DNA of 27,117 nucleotides from a virus (IMGVR_UViG_3300005827_000094:1-27117), one strand, 5' to 3'; counted from the first letter of the stretch, positions 1 through 8,971 are shown. Notes: generated by a model from the letters alone, not told the origin. Program-made: numbers and translations.

Positions 1-499
1 CCTGTTGTGCCGTTGAAACCGGCTTGTTAACGTCTGAAACGTTATCGACATTACCAAGCCCGATATTTGTCTTTGTATGGGAATGGTTACCTTCGGCAAT
101 AGTTCCGGCACCTGTTCCGAAATTTTTATTAAAGGCGGTTCCCTTCGCCCCTATTGCGGGTTCTTTGCCGTTCCAGGTTGTCTTTTCCGCGTCAGTAACA
201 AAGCGGTTTGTCGTATTGGTTGAAATATCGGCAGGGGAAATTCCGCCGTAATGATTTGCCCGGTTAAAGGCATCGGTATTTTTTGAAGTGGGATCATATA
301 CCGCTTTCCAATTGGTTGTTGCCGAATCAACATAACCTTTCGTTGATGGATGGTATTGTTGCGTAGGTGTAAAAGGCGTTGTGTTTGTTCTGGTTAGAAC
401 TTGTGAAGATTCAATTTTTCTTGAATCCAGGTCAGCAAAGTTTGCATTGACTTTGCCCCTTATCGTTCCGAGTGTATCGCCATTATTACAAGTTTGCAT
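1..499 (-). CDS. Tail fibre-like protein, N-terminal part (runs off the window's left edge)
   Basis: Not in the ORF track; translated by hand. ATG at 499 after AAGGGGGAG; MQTCNNGDTLGTIRGKVNANF...HPSTKGYVD...RFVTDAEKTTWNGK...HSHTKTNIGLGNVDNVSDVNKPVSTAQQ, open to position 1. TKGYVD and HxH..GLGNVDN are typical phage fibre motifs. Confidence 0.85.
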   Translation of the reverse strand, partial: MQTCNNGDTLGTIRGKVNANFADLDSRKIESSQVLTRTNTTPFTPTQQYHPSTKGYVDSATTNWKAVYDPTSKNTDAFNRANHYGGISPADISTNTTNRFVTDAEKTTWNGKEPAIGAKGTAFNKNFGTGAGTIAEGNHSHTKTNIGLGNVDNVSDVNKPVSTAQQ

Positions 500-508
500 T
501 TCTCCCCC

Positions 509-904
509 TTAGTCCAAAAGATAAGGAACCATTTTAAGAAGGATTTCTTTGATGACTTCTTTTGCCGTTGCCAAACTTGTTATAGAATCCATTTTGTTGG
601 TAATGTAATTCGTTGCCTGAACAACGGTATACTTTTGGATTCCAGAACCATTTCTTGCGGTTTGGATTTCATCAAACCTTGCCAGAGCATCAGCAATTTT
701 TTGTTGTTCCTCTGCAAATCTTTCCGGGTAAGTAGGATCATCAATTAATGATGGTCTGTTAAATGAATCCCAAGAGATAACATGTTTATCTGTATTGTTA
801 TCTTCACAAACAGCCAAAAATGAACGCTTGCCGGGCATATCCCATGAATCTGGAGTAATGTTAATCGGCTTCACATCACCAATATTTTCAAACCATATTC
901 TCAT
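509..904 (-). CDS. Hypothetical protein, possible tail-fibre assembly chaperone
   Basis: 131 aa; ATGA overlap with the upstream gene; follows the fibre-tip genes; helical C-terminal half. Function inferred from position only. Confidence 0.55.
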   Translation of the reverse strand: MRIWFENIGDVKPINITPDSWDMPGKRSFLAVCEDNNTDKHVISWDSFNRPSLIDDPTYPERFAEEQQKIADALARFDEIQTARNGSGIQKYTVVQATNYITNKMDSITSLATAKEVIKEILLKMVPYLLD

Positions 905-1371
905 GATAGTTTCCTTATTGTCATTGTTTGATTGAGGATATTACTTGTTCCGGCACCAGAAAAATAACCAACAAGATTTAATTCCGCCCCATTTGGAAAA
1001 GAAAAAACGCCTTTCAATCTGGATGTTAAAGAATTGGTTGTTGTTGAACTTGATACTGTATTACAACCCCGAACAACTTCAACGCCACCAGAAACGCCTT
1101 TGTAATTGATCAATCTTAATTGGTATTGATTAGCTTTTTGGGCTTGAACATCAGCCGTTACTTCATACGTTCCAGGCGGGAGAATAACAACGCCTTTTGA
1201 AGAATCGTAAAAAGCTGAATCGATTGTATTGTTGACAACAGTATTGACAGGAATGTTATTCAAGCCGGTTCCCGAACTTGTTGTCGGTCCTGTCAACCGC
1301 ATAGAACCCAATTGATAACCAAATTTCGGTATATCAGGAAGAACAGGAAAAACAGATGAAATATTCATCAT
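901..1371 (-). CDS. Free-standing fibre-tip module 3 (C1q/TNF-like beta-sandwich, putative receptor-binding)
   Basis: 156 aa; shares NTVxxNxI, ILPPGTYE, xRLxN and SRLxGV motifs with the two upstream paralogs; ATGA coupling. Confidence 0.65.
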   Translation of the reverse strand: MMNISSVFPVLPDIPKFGYQLGSMRLTGPTTSSGTGLNNIPVNTVVNNTIDSAFYDSSKGVVILPPGTYEVTADVQAQKANQYQLRLINYKGVSGGVEVVRGCNTVSSSTTTNSLTSRLKGVFSFPNGAELNLVGYFSGAGTSNILNQTMTIRKLS

Positions 1372-1874
1372 GCCACCTTTGAAATAAAGACGTTTGCGTA
1401 AACTTCAACGCCATTGCTGACCGCCGCCCCTAGTCCGTCCGTTGCTCTTGCGGCGGTCGAATAACTTTCAAGTCTAAAAGTTTTTTGAGCGGCAATCGTT
1501 ATTCTTTGGGTAACGGTATTCGCAACCGATTCCGTATAGGTTGCATCAAGACTTATGTTCGTTCCCGCTATAGCAACGGCAGAATCAGCCGTATTATAAA
1601 GCCTGACAGAACCTAAGCCTGTTCCCTTCATTGTCGCTTCCAATGTGATATCATAGGTTCCAGCCGGAAGCGTTATAATATTACTTCCGAGTGAAGCCCC
1701 TGGAATCGTATTTAGAATGACAGTGTTTAAGGTTCTAGCGTTCCAGGTAGCAAGAGCGGCATTACCGCCCGCCGTTCCTTGCGCCCGTTGATCCTGAACA
1801 TGAAAAATTTGTGAACCAGGAATATAAACACTTGTTGGGTTATTTTCCCCGAAGAAATCGCCTGTTTTAGACAT
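1368..1874 (-). CDS. Free-standing fibre-tip module 2 (C1q/TNF-like beta-sandwich, putative receptor-binding)
   Basis: 168 aa; aligns with the C-terminal ~145 aa of 1874..3061 (HVxD..QGTAGG, RTLNTV, ITLPAGTY, VRLY, GLGxAVSxGVEVY); TAATG coupling. Confidence 0.75.
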   Translation of the reverse strand: MSKTGDFFGENNPTSVYIPGSQIFHVQDQRAQGTAGGNAALATWNARTLNTVILNTIPGASLGSNIITLPAGTYDITLEATMKGTGLGSVRLYNTADSAVAIAGTNISLDATYTESVANTVTQRITIAAQKTFRLESYSTAARATDGLGAAVSNGVEVYANVFISKVA

Positions 1875-2281
1875 TATGCGGTTCTCCTTTTAAACATTGC
1901 GTCAGTATATACTTCAACACCTTGAGAAACAGCATTACCTAGTCCAGATGTTGCAATTGCTGCAGCTGTATAATGCCTAATTTCAAGAACCTTTTGGGCA
2001 GTTAAGGTTAATACTCCATGCAACCTTGATCTTGTAGAATTTTGTGTTGATTCATTATTGCCTTCAAAAATATATGCTGCATCAGTAACACTATACAACC
2101 TAACTTTATGACTCCCCATTGCCCCATATACAGGACACATTATATCCATTTCATATGTTCCAGCCGGAAGCGTTATTTGATTTGAACCATTAACACTTGC
2201 CCCTGAAATCTCATTCAATTTGACAGTGTTTAATGTTCTGGTTTGGGTTCCGGCAATACTTGCACCGCCCGCCGTTCCTTG
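1651..2281. repeat. Direct-repeat blocks shared between fibre-tip paralogs
   Basis: 1651-1676 vs 2151-2176 (25/26 nt), 1718-1736 vs 2221-2239 (18/19), 1764-1781 vs 2264-2281 (18/18); partial third copy at 1163-1175. Confidence 0.9.
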
Positions 2282-3061
2282 GGTTTTTTCGTCCCGAACA
2301 TGAAGAATATCAAAGGGTCTTGTTACTCCCCCAACAGGAACGGCATAAATAACACGCCATCCGAATGTTTCATCACCTGACCAAGCCAGAAAAACAACTT
2401 GATTTTTAACGTCAAGAACAAGATTTTCAGTTGAACCCATTATTTTTTTGCCGTTACCACTTACAATGCAATTATTCGTGTTGAACATTCCGGCAACGTC
2501 TTCAACTGCAACCATGTCACCAATAACGGGTGAAGCCATCAAAGCAATTGTTTTTTGCCCTGTCGTTGTATTAACAAAATATCCGTTATTCTTTACGGCG
2601 GTCAAATTAGCGGCGGTATAACTCCATGTAATACCGGAACCAGAACCAGACGTTTGAAAATTTCTAGCGTCAGAAATTCTTTTTACTGAAGTCAAATCTG
2701 TATCGACAATAGCAAGAAGAATGAAATATTCATTTGGTTCTGTTTGGGTTACGTTAACAACCCCATCCGAATCAATCCAAATGAAATTAACTTCTTCTTC
2801 TTCCAAAGTTGCGCCAGCAACGACAAGGGAACCAGAATTAACGTCAGTTTCAACATCGATTTTGACCTTGCCGCTTGTGTAATTAACTGACAACCCGGCA
2901 CCAGCCGAAACAATAAGACCGGAAACAACAGAACCGCCAAACATAAGAGATTTGAAAAGAGCGGAAAACATTCTGTGATTGCGATACCAGTCAGTATCCC
3001 AATTTGAACCGCCGCTTTCAGGGTTAACGAAAGCCAAAAGGTTGTTATATGTTTTTGCCAT
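1874..3061 (-). CDS. Tail fibre / receptor-binding protein with C-terminal C1q-like tip
   Basis: 395 aa; N-terminal anchor-like region (VVSGLIVSAGAGLSVNYTSG), middle domain (GYFVNTT...PVIGDMV...GWRV) resembling T4 gp34/gp9-10-like fibre domains, C-terminal domain duplicated downstream. Confidence 0.8.
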   Translation of the reverse strand: MAKTYNNLLAFVNPESGGSNWDTDWYRNHRMFSALFKSLMFGGSVVSGLIVSAGAGLSVNYTSGKVKIDVETDVNSGSLVVAGATLEEEEVNFIWIDSDGVVNVTQTEPNEYFILLAIVDTDLTSVKRISDARNFQTSGSGSGITWSYTAANLTAVKNNGYFVNTTTGQKTIALMASPVIGDMVAVEDVAGMFNTNNCIVSGNGKKIMGSTENLVLDVKNQVVFLAWSGDETFGWRVIYAVPVGGVTRPFDILHVRDEKTQGTAGGASIAGTQTRTLNTVKLNEISGASVNGSNQITLPAGTYEMDIMCPVYGAMGSHKVRLYSVTDAAYIFEGNNESTQNSTRSRLHGVLTLTAQKVLEIRHYTAAAIATSGLGNAVSQGVEVYTDAMFKRRTA

Positions 3062-3075
3062 GTCGGTTTCTCCAA

Positions 3076-3528
3076 TTAACCCGAAATCGTTATCGTCCAG
3101 GTAAGGGCGAGGGAATCACCAGCCCCTTTATTCTTTACCGGGAAGGTTGTTCTGCAAAGCATGGTTCCTGAAGCAACCGCGTTGAAAATACCCGCTTCAG
3201 CTATTGAACCGGAACCCTCGCCCGCCGCCCAATCACATTGATAAATAGCTTTATTGGCATCAGCCCCAAGCCCTTGGGATTTGCTTGATAATGCCTTTCG
3301 GCTTATCTCTGTTTGCAATGCAGTATCACCTATGACTTGAGCCGTTGCCCCTGTTCCTATTGCCATATGTGACATTGAAGCTTGAGCCTGTTCAACAAGC
3401 TGATCAGCTATATGTTGCCGCCCTGCCGTGACAACCAAATTTTTATAAACATCCCGTTCCTTAATTTTTCCATCGGGACCGCGTAAAGTTACAGTCAATT
3501 CGCCTTTCATTTTGATGTTTTCAAACAT
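3076..3528 (-). CDS. Baseplate / fibre-attachment protein (tail-collar fibre N-terminal-like, DUF3751-like)
   Basis: NLVVTAG, MAIGTG..DTALQTEI, IAEAGIFN..GTMLCR..F..KNK..L.LTWTIT pattern. Start moved to ATG 3528 (AAAGGAG upstream). Confidence 0.7.
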   Translation of the reverse strand: MFENIKMKGELTVTLRGPDGKIKERDVYKNLVVTAGRQHIADQLVEQAQASMSHMAIGTGATAQVIGDTALQTEISRKALSSKSQGLGADANKAIYQCDWAAGEGSGSIAEAGIFNAVASGTMLCRTTFPVKNKGAGDSLALTWTITISG

Positions 3529-3556
3529 TTCACTTTCTCCTTTGAACGAGATTTTT

Positions 3557-6500
3557 TTATTTACCAAACGGGCTTAAACCAAACCCGCTTCCAAGAGCGG
3601 TTCCGCCAAATCCATCAGAAAACAGTAAATTATCATTCGCTGTTACAGTTTCGGACATTGCTTTACTGAAATTTGATTCCAATATGTCTTCCAGGGAAAG
3701 AACTTCATCTTGACCTTGACCTTTAAGAGTTTTAGAACCGAATTTAACCCCGAAGCCATCAGGGGCACCAAAACCCATTGCCCCGAAACCTTTTTCATCA
3801 CTTACTTGCACATCATCAGAAACTTTCAACGATGAATTAAGGGCCAATGTCAAGTTCATGGTCAATTCAGAAACCGCCAAAACCGTTTCAAGAAGCGAAG
3901 GTTTAAACCATATTTCAGATTCAAAAATATCAGTTATAAAAACTTCGCTTTCAAATCCCTTTCCACCAATAATCAATAAATCATCAGTTACGTTTACAAC
4001 ATCATCAAAATGAAAGATGAAACCAAAGATGATTTTTAAAGCGTCAGTAACTTCAACTATATCTTCCTGGTGACTATTCAACATTACCTGCCGAATCGAT
4101 TCACAAAGAAGATTGAAAGTGTTTATTCTTTTTGTTTTACCTGAACCAAAAGAACGAATTATTTCCTTTATAACAACAGGCAATTTCTTGATTCTATCAA
4201 ATCGATAAGAAGAAATCGTTACATAGTCACTTTTTTCAAGGTCAAAATGTTTAAGATAAGATATCAAGGAATAAATTGTTGTTGATTCGCCGTAAAACCA
4301 AATATAATAATCAGCTATGCTTTCAGCCATCGCTTGATTTCTTACCAAGTCAAACATGAATAAATCGTCTTGTCTTCTTTCTCCATGTTTATCAATACTT
4401 AATAAATCTCTTCTTGAAGCTGTTGAATTATATGAATCAGTTCCTTTTACATTTGTTATTCTGTCAAAGGAATAAAAGATATCAATTGCATTGTAAAGCC
4501 TATCTATTCCGCTTAATTTGGCTGAAAAAGATTTCAGTTGAATGTCACTTATTGGAATATCTTTTGCAAATTGCCAGGAATCCGAAATCATATCAACGGC
4601 AAGTTTTGCTTTCCCATTCTGCCAAATTAAGCGGCTTCGGGTTTGCCAAGTAATTTTCTTTATGGCATCTTTGACACTCAAGGAACCAGATATAACACCG
4701 TCAATTGTATAGTTATTATAATGAAACCATTTCGCCGCCTCTTGAAAAGCCGCCCCTAATGGAACATCGCCGGAAACCTGACCTTCATCAACCCAAACCG
4801 TTAAATCATTCCAGGTTATATCGTCATCCCATTTTGGAATTTCTTTGAAAACAGAACTTAAATCACCCAAAGGAACATTAGCTTTTTCCGTCAACAGGTA
4901 TTGAATTACAGAATCAGGACGATTTTCTATCAAACCGGAAACGGTTGCTGTTACTTCATCAGTTGCCGTTACTCTTTTTTGTCTATATTCAACATCAAAA
5001 TAAATGTATGTTACAACAACATCAACAGTATCAACCGTTCCGGTATATCTTAGTTGAACTTCTTTATTTGTCAGCCATTGCCAAGAAATGTTAGTAAGAA
5101 AGTCAGTCAAATCAAATTTCTGAACAACTGAACGAATTGAAGATTTTGTTACAATGTTTTCAAGTTGTCTATTTGCGGTCAGTAAAGGGTCAACGTCATC
5201 TTTTGATTTAATCGCAATCCCGGTTGCGTCAACTAATTGTTTATTTACAATAGCATTTGCCGCAAGAACCGCCCGATTATTCGATGTACCATATTTAATA
5301 CTTCCGGCGATTTCGGTTATTAAGGTCATTTCGGTAATTGTTATATTGCCGCCAACAACCCCGCCCGGCCTAATATAAAGGGTAAGTTGTGAATATGCTT
5401 TGCCGGTATTCGGATATAATTGAATGGATTGATCAACCGTCATGTCATTTTCGGCCCAAGTCATTATGTTACCGCTATATATTGAACCGCCGCCGCGTAA
5501 ATGAACTTGACCAACACCAACTTTCCGAAATTTAATCCTTACACTTTGCCTAATTATTCCGCTATATCCCGCATAACCAAGTTGAAGCCAATGATCTTGA
5601 TCATAACAATAAATAACATAAGGAAGCCCGACATTGCCGCCATCTTCAAATGTTCCGCCCGAAACGCTTGATTCTGGATGACCATGCGTTAAATCGTTAT
5701 TTGAAATCGATGGATTAACAAAACCATGATCATGATTCCCGCCCGCAACATGATCATGTTCATGATCAATATCAACTTCCGCTTTGAATTGGGCAACGTC
5801 AGCCGGATTAGGTCTTGCAAGACTTCCAACAACCCCTATTCCGTCAACCCAAACATCAACCCTATCATTATTGTAAACGTCTGTTGCCCAATGTTCGACC
5901 GCAAGGAAAGCCCGTACAACTTCCCCATCATCCAGGGCGGGAGTAAATTGAAGAACAGCAAGCGGCGAATGAGTTTTATTTATTAACGCACCAAATGACC
6001 TGAAATTCCGGTCATAACTGTAATGTGGTTGATACGCTTTGTTATTGGGGGAAACCGCGTCAAAATCAACTTCAATGTTTCTTGCACCTTTCGAATATTC
6101 AATATAAGTTGGTTGACGATGAAAAACTATTTTCGCCGGGTTTTCATTCGGATAAACATCATATGATTCTTTCGGTATTTGTCCTTTAACCCGAACATCT
6201 GTAATCGAAGCAATCGGACCAAGCCCGACAATATATTCAATATCCTTTTTCGCTTGAATTATTACCATACCGTCTGAATGGTCCGTTGCAATTGTTCCGT
6301 CAACTCCCCTTTCAGTTATATAAAAACTCTTTTTAGTCCTGGAATTGTATCGTAATATTTCCGCATCGATTTGAAGGTAACCGGCTTGAAGGAACCCTAA
6401 GTCATCCAGGGAATCTTCTTGAACGTTCAAGGTTGTTCCGGTCTTCTTGAGGATTGAACCGCTTTGTGTTGCTCTTGGGGGAGAAGAAGAACAAAGGGCT

Positions 6501-7042
6501 TTGACTTGCCCGCAATTACCGACAATCAAATCAATGGATTTATTTACATCTGAAACCAGGGCATAAGGATAATTATTAAGGGTCAACAATTCCCCAACTT
6601 GCCCGAAATAACGCATATTCGTTGTGACCAAATCTATTTGAACTAACTGACTTGATTCTGAATATTCAATAGGGTCTTGCGCAACGAAATGACCAATAAT
6701 AGCTAAATCAGATTCTTGCAAACCATCGAAAGTTTGATAAACATCAACAAAAACATCAGTTGGATTTTCAAAAAAGAAGTTTGTTGAAAAGGGTTCTTCG
6801 CCGCCGTTCCATATCGAAAGCGTCATCTGCATTGTGCCTGATTCGCTGTTTTCGTTTCCAACAGAGCTTAGTTCTCCCCATTCTTCAATTAATCCTTTGT
6901 AAAGTTTTCCACCAATAACAATGTCACGATCAGAAAGTAAAATATCACCTAAATTTTGAAAATGAAAAACCGCAACCTGTATAGGTTTGCGGTAATCATT
7001 CGCCATCTTCGCCAGAAAATCAGCCGTCAAGTCATTTCTCAT
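3557..7042 (-). CDS. Tail tip / baseplate hub protein with large internal insertion
   Basis: 1161 aa directly after Dit; hub-like C-terminal region (SIDKHGERR..FDLVRNQAMAESIA..LEKSDYVTI); RGVDGTIATDH motif; HxH cluster; C-terminal repeats. Confidence 0.8.
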   Translation of the reverse strand: MRNDLTADFLAKMANDYRKPIQVAVFHFQNLGDILLSDRDIVIGGKLYKGLIEEWGELSSVGNENSESGTMQMTLSIWNGGEEPFSTNFFFENPTDVFVDVYQTFDGLQESDLAIIGHFVAQDPIEYSESSQLVQIDLVTTNMRYFGQVGELLTLNNYPYALVSDVNKSIDLIVGNCGQVKALCSSSPPRATQSGSILKKTGTTLNVQEDSLDDLGFLQAGYLQIDAEILRYNSRTKKSFYITERGVDGTIATDHSDGMVIIQAKKDIEYIVGLGPIASITDVRVKGQIPKESYDVYPNENPAKIVFHRQPTYIEYSKGARNIEVDFDAVSPNNKAYQPHYSYDRNFRSFGALINKTHSPLAVLQFTPALDDGEVVRAFLAVEHWATDVYNNDRVDVWVDGIGVVGSLARPNPADVAQFKAEVDIDHEHDHVAGGNHDHGFVNPSISNNDLTHGHPESSVSGGTFEDGGNVGLPYVIYCYDQDHWLQLGYAGYSGIIRQSVRIKFRKVGVGQVHLRGGGSIYSGNIMTWAENDMTVDQSIQLYPNTGKAYSQLTLYIRPGGVVGGNITITEMTLITEIAGSIKYGTSNNRAVLAANAIVNKQLVDATGIAIKSKDDVDPLLTANRQLENIVTKSSIRSVVQKFDLTDFLTNISWQWLTNKEVQLRYTGTVDTVDVVVTYIYFDVEYRQKRVTATDEVTATVSGLIENRPDSVIQYLLTEKANVPLGDLSSVFKEIPKWDDDITWNDLTVWVDEGQVSGDVPLGAAFQEAAKWFHYNNYTIDGVISGSLSVKDAIKKITWQTRSRLIWQNGKAKLAVDMISDSWQFAKDIPISDIQLKSFSAKLSGIDRLYNAIDIFYSFDRITNVKGTDSYNSTASRRDLLSIDKHGERRQDDLFMFDLVRNQAMAESIADYYIWFYGESTTIYSLISYLKHFDLEKSDYVTISSYRFDRIKKLPVVIKEIIRSFGSGKTKRINTFNLLCESIRQVMLNSHQEDIVEVTDALKIIFGFIFHFDDVVNVTDDLLIIGGKGFESEVFITDIFESEIWFKPSLLETVLAVSELTMNLTLALNSSLKVSDDVQVSDEKGFGAMGFGAPDGFGVKFGSKTLKGQGQDEVLSLEDILESNFSKAMSETVTANDNLLFSDGFGGTALGSGFGLSPFGK

Positions 7043-7398
7043 AGTTGATACTCCAATTCAACAGAACCCGAATACAGTTCAAAATCTATTTCAGGAAAAT
7101 CAAGCTTGGTTGTTATAAACTTGACGGTTCCAGTAAAGCCCCTTTCGTCTTCAAATTCGAATGGATGTTCCGCCCCATTTACAACATTGTCAAACCAGTT
7201 TTCAAGCAATTCATAATCGTATTTGCTCATTAATTCGAAGTTCAGAATTCGACGTTTCAAGGTTATGCCCAATTCTTCAACCTGTAATTGACCGCCAGCC
7301 GTTCTATCAACGATTTGCATTTTTTCAATAGGGCGGTTTGCTGGATAACTCGCCCCTTCTGTAAATTCGATTTCTGTCAAACCAAACATGAATTTCAT
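7039..7398 (-). CDS. Distal tail (Dit-like) protein
   Basis: 119 aa right after the TMP; DRTAGG, LENWFD..GAEHPFEFED pattern typical of Dit/gpM-like proteins. Confidence 0.75.
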   Translation of the reverse strand: MKFMFGLTEIEFTEGASYPANRPIEKMQIVDRTAGGQLQVEELGITLKRRILNFELMSKYDYELLENWFDNVVNGAEHPFEFEDERGFTGTVKFITTKLDFPEIDFELYSGSVELEYQL

Positions 7399-8696
7399 AT
7401 TCTCATACCTTGTCTAGCTTGCTCAAGTGAGATATTGACAATATCGGAACGGGATAAAGGATTGTTAAAATAAAGGTTTTGCGTCAAACCGCCGCCTTGT
7501 CCTTTCCCGCTAGTTGCCCGTTTGTCAAAGTTAAAATCGCCCGAATTGTCAACCGCTTCGCCCCATGCGTTCCAGGCATCGCCCATGCTTCCGCCGCCCG
7601 CAAGAGTTCCAGCCGCCGCCGCGCCACCTGTTACAATTCCAAGTGTCGCAATGTTGGCAATGCTCTTGACTGAATCCCATTTTCTTACAAGAGAATCAAT
7701 CAACTCCAAAACCCCTGTTACAACTCGCCCGGCACCTTCAACGGTTGAAGCAAGATTAGTAAAAAAGGTTTCCATACTTGGAAGCCGTTGTTGTATATTC
7801 GTCCAAAGATTCGTCAATTTGGTAATAAAGTTTTCAATCATTTGGTCAATCGTGGGCCAAGAATTCTGAATGTTGGTAACCAATTCAGTAACCCAATTTG
7901 AAAAAACTGGTGATTTTTCTTCAATCCATGCGGCGAGTTTTTCTAAAGCATCGAAGATGAAACCCATGATTCCGCTTTCATCGTTAATACGATCCCAAGC
8001 TTTTTCAAAGGCGTTAACAACCTTTTGCCATCCTGAAGCAACAGTTTTTGGTAATTCGTCCATCGAAGCCTTACCTTCCGCCGCAATGTTTTTCAAAGCC
8101 GTTGTCATTACTTCAGTTGTTATTTTGCCATCTGCCGCCATTGCCTTTAATTGCCCAACACCAACACCCAAGGATTTAGCAAACTCCCGCATTAAAGCGG
8201 GTGACGCTTCCATGATTGAACGGAATTCATCGCCCTGAAGTGCTCCTGAACCAAGGGCTTGTGTAAGCTGAATCATTGCCGTTGAAGCTTCAGCCGTTCC
8301 CGTTCCGGTCTTAATCATCAACGCATTTAAGCCGCCTATGACTTCAATATTTTCCGACAATGAAAGGTGCGTCATGTCCGAAGCTTGCGCCAATCTCATT
8401 AACGCTTGAGCATTTGCGGTTACTGAAGTTCCGGTTTTTTGCGACATTTGATAAAGGTCTTCTTGGGCGAATGATGCATCTTGAGAAGAACCCGTTACAT
8501 ATTTCAATTGAGCGGCTAAGGTTGTATATTTATCCGCCGTTTCCGTTAAACTCTCAACAGTTTTATAAGAAATGATTCCGGCGATTGCTGTTGTAACCGG
8601 GTTTATGGAAGTCAACATTGAATTCAGGGCATTATTAAAAACATCCGCGCCCGCTTTCGCCTGACTTGCATTTATTCCAACATTTAAAATTGGCAT
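7395..8696 (-). CDS. Tape measure protein (short, 433 aa)
   Basis: Tape-measure N-terminal signature QLTQALGSGALQGDEFRSIMEASP..LGV..GQLKAMAADGKITT; Ala/Gly-rich; follows the chaperone genes. Confidence 0.93.
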   Translation of the reverse strand: MPILNVGINASQAKAGADVFNNALNSMLTSINPVTTAIAGIISYKTVESLTETADKYTTLAAQLKYVTGSSQDASFAQEDLYQMSQKTGTSVTANAQALMRLAQASDMTHLSLSENIEVIGGLNALMIKTGTGTAEASTAMIQLTQALGSGALQGDEFRSIMEASPALMREFAKSLGVGVGQLKAMAADGKITTEVMTTALKNIAAEGKASMDELPKTVASGWQKVVNAFEKAWDRINDESGIMGFIFDALEKLAAWIEEKSPVFSNWVTELVTNIQNSWPTIDQMIENFITKLTNLWTNIQQRLPSMETFFTNLASTVEGAGRVVTGVLELIDSLVRKWDSVKSIANIATLGIVTGGAAAAGTLAGGGSMGDAWNAWGEAVDNSGDFNFDKRATSGKGQGGGLTQNLYFNNPLSRSDIVNISLEQARQGMRI

Positions 8697-8971
8697 TAGT
8701 TTAAACCCTTTTTAAATTCTTGACATTCGGCTACTAACTCAGAAAACATTTCCATATCTGTAAAGCCGTAAAGATTACCGAAATTGATTATATCTGAAAA
8801 ACATTTACACGTTCCCGCCGCTTCTATTATCTTGGATTCGAAAACCGTCAATATTGGTTCCCCATCAAGAAGTTTTACTTTTTTACCTTGAGCCTTTAAC
8901 CTTAAAGCCCATTTATATTTTGAGATATCGCCCTTGAATCTTATGAAAAACCATTTAAGGGCGGCTTCTAC
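8696..8971 (-). CDS. -1 frame extension of the tail assembly chaperone (lambda gpT-like part of a gpGT fusion)
   Basis: The -1 frame after GGGAAAG is open for 91 codons (VEAALKWFFIRFKGDISKYKW...CQEFKKGLN) and ends at a TAA overlapping the TMP ATG (TAATG). No start codon at its 5' end; absent from the ORF track. Confidence 0.9.
   Translation of the reverse strand, partial: VEAALKWFFIRFKGDISKYKWALRLKAQGKKVKLLDGEPILTVFESKIIEAAGTCKCFSDIINFGNLYGFTDMEMFSELVAECQEFKKGLN

Noticed and set aside
228-248. Shared AGEIPP peptide between ORF 24..251 and ORF 25567..25779
   Set aside because: Both ORFs appear spurious, and the DNA match is short and imperfect.
901-2310. Diversity-generating retroelement (TR/VR pair) or invertase shufflon at the fibre tips
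   Set aside because: Differences between copies are not adenine-specific and identity is patchy. All copies are in direct orientation, and no reverse transcriptase or recombinase lies in the window.
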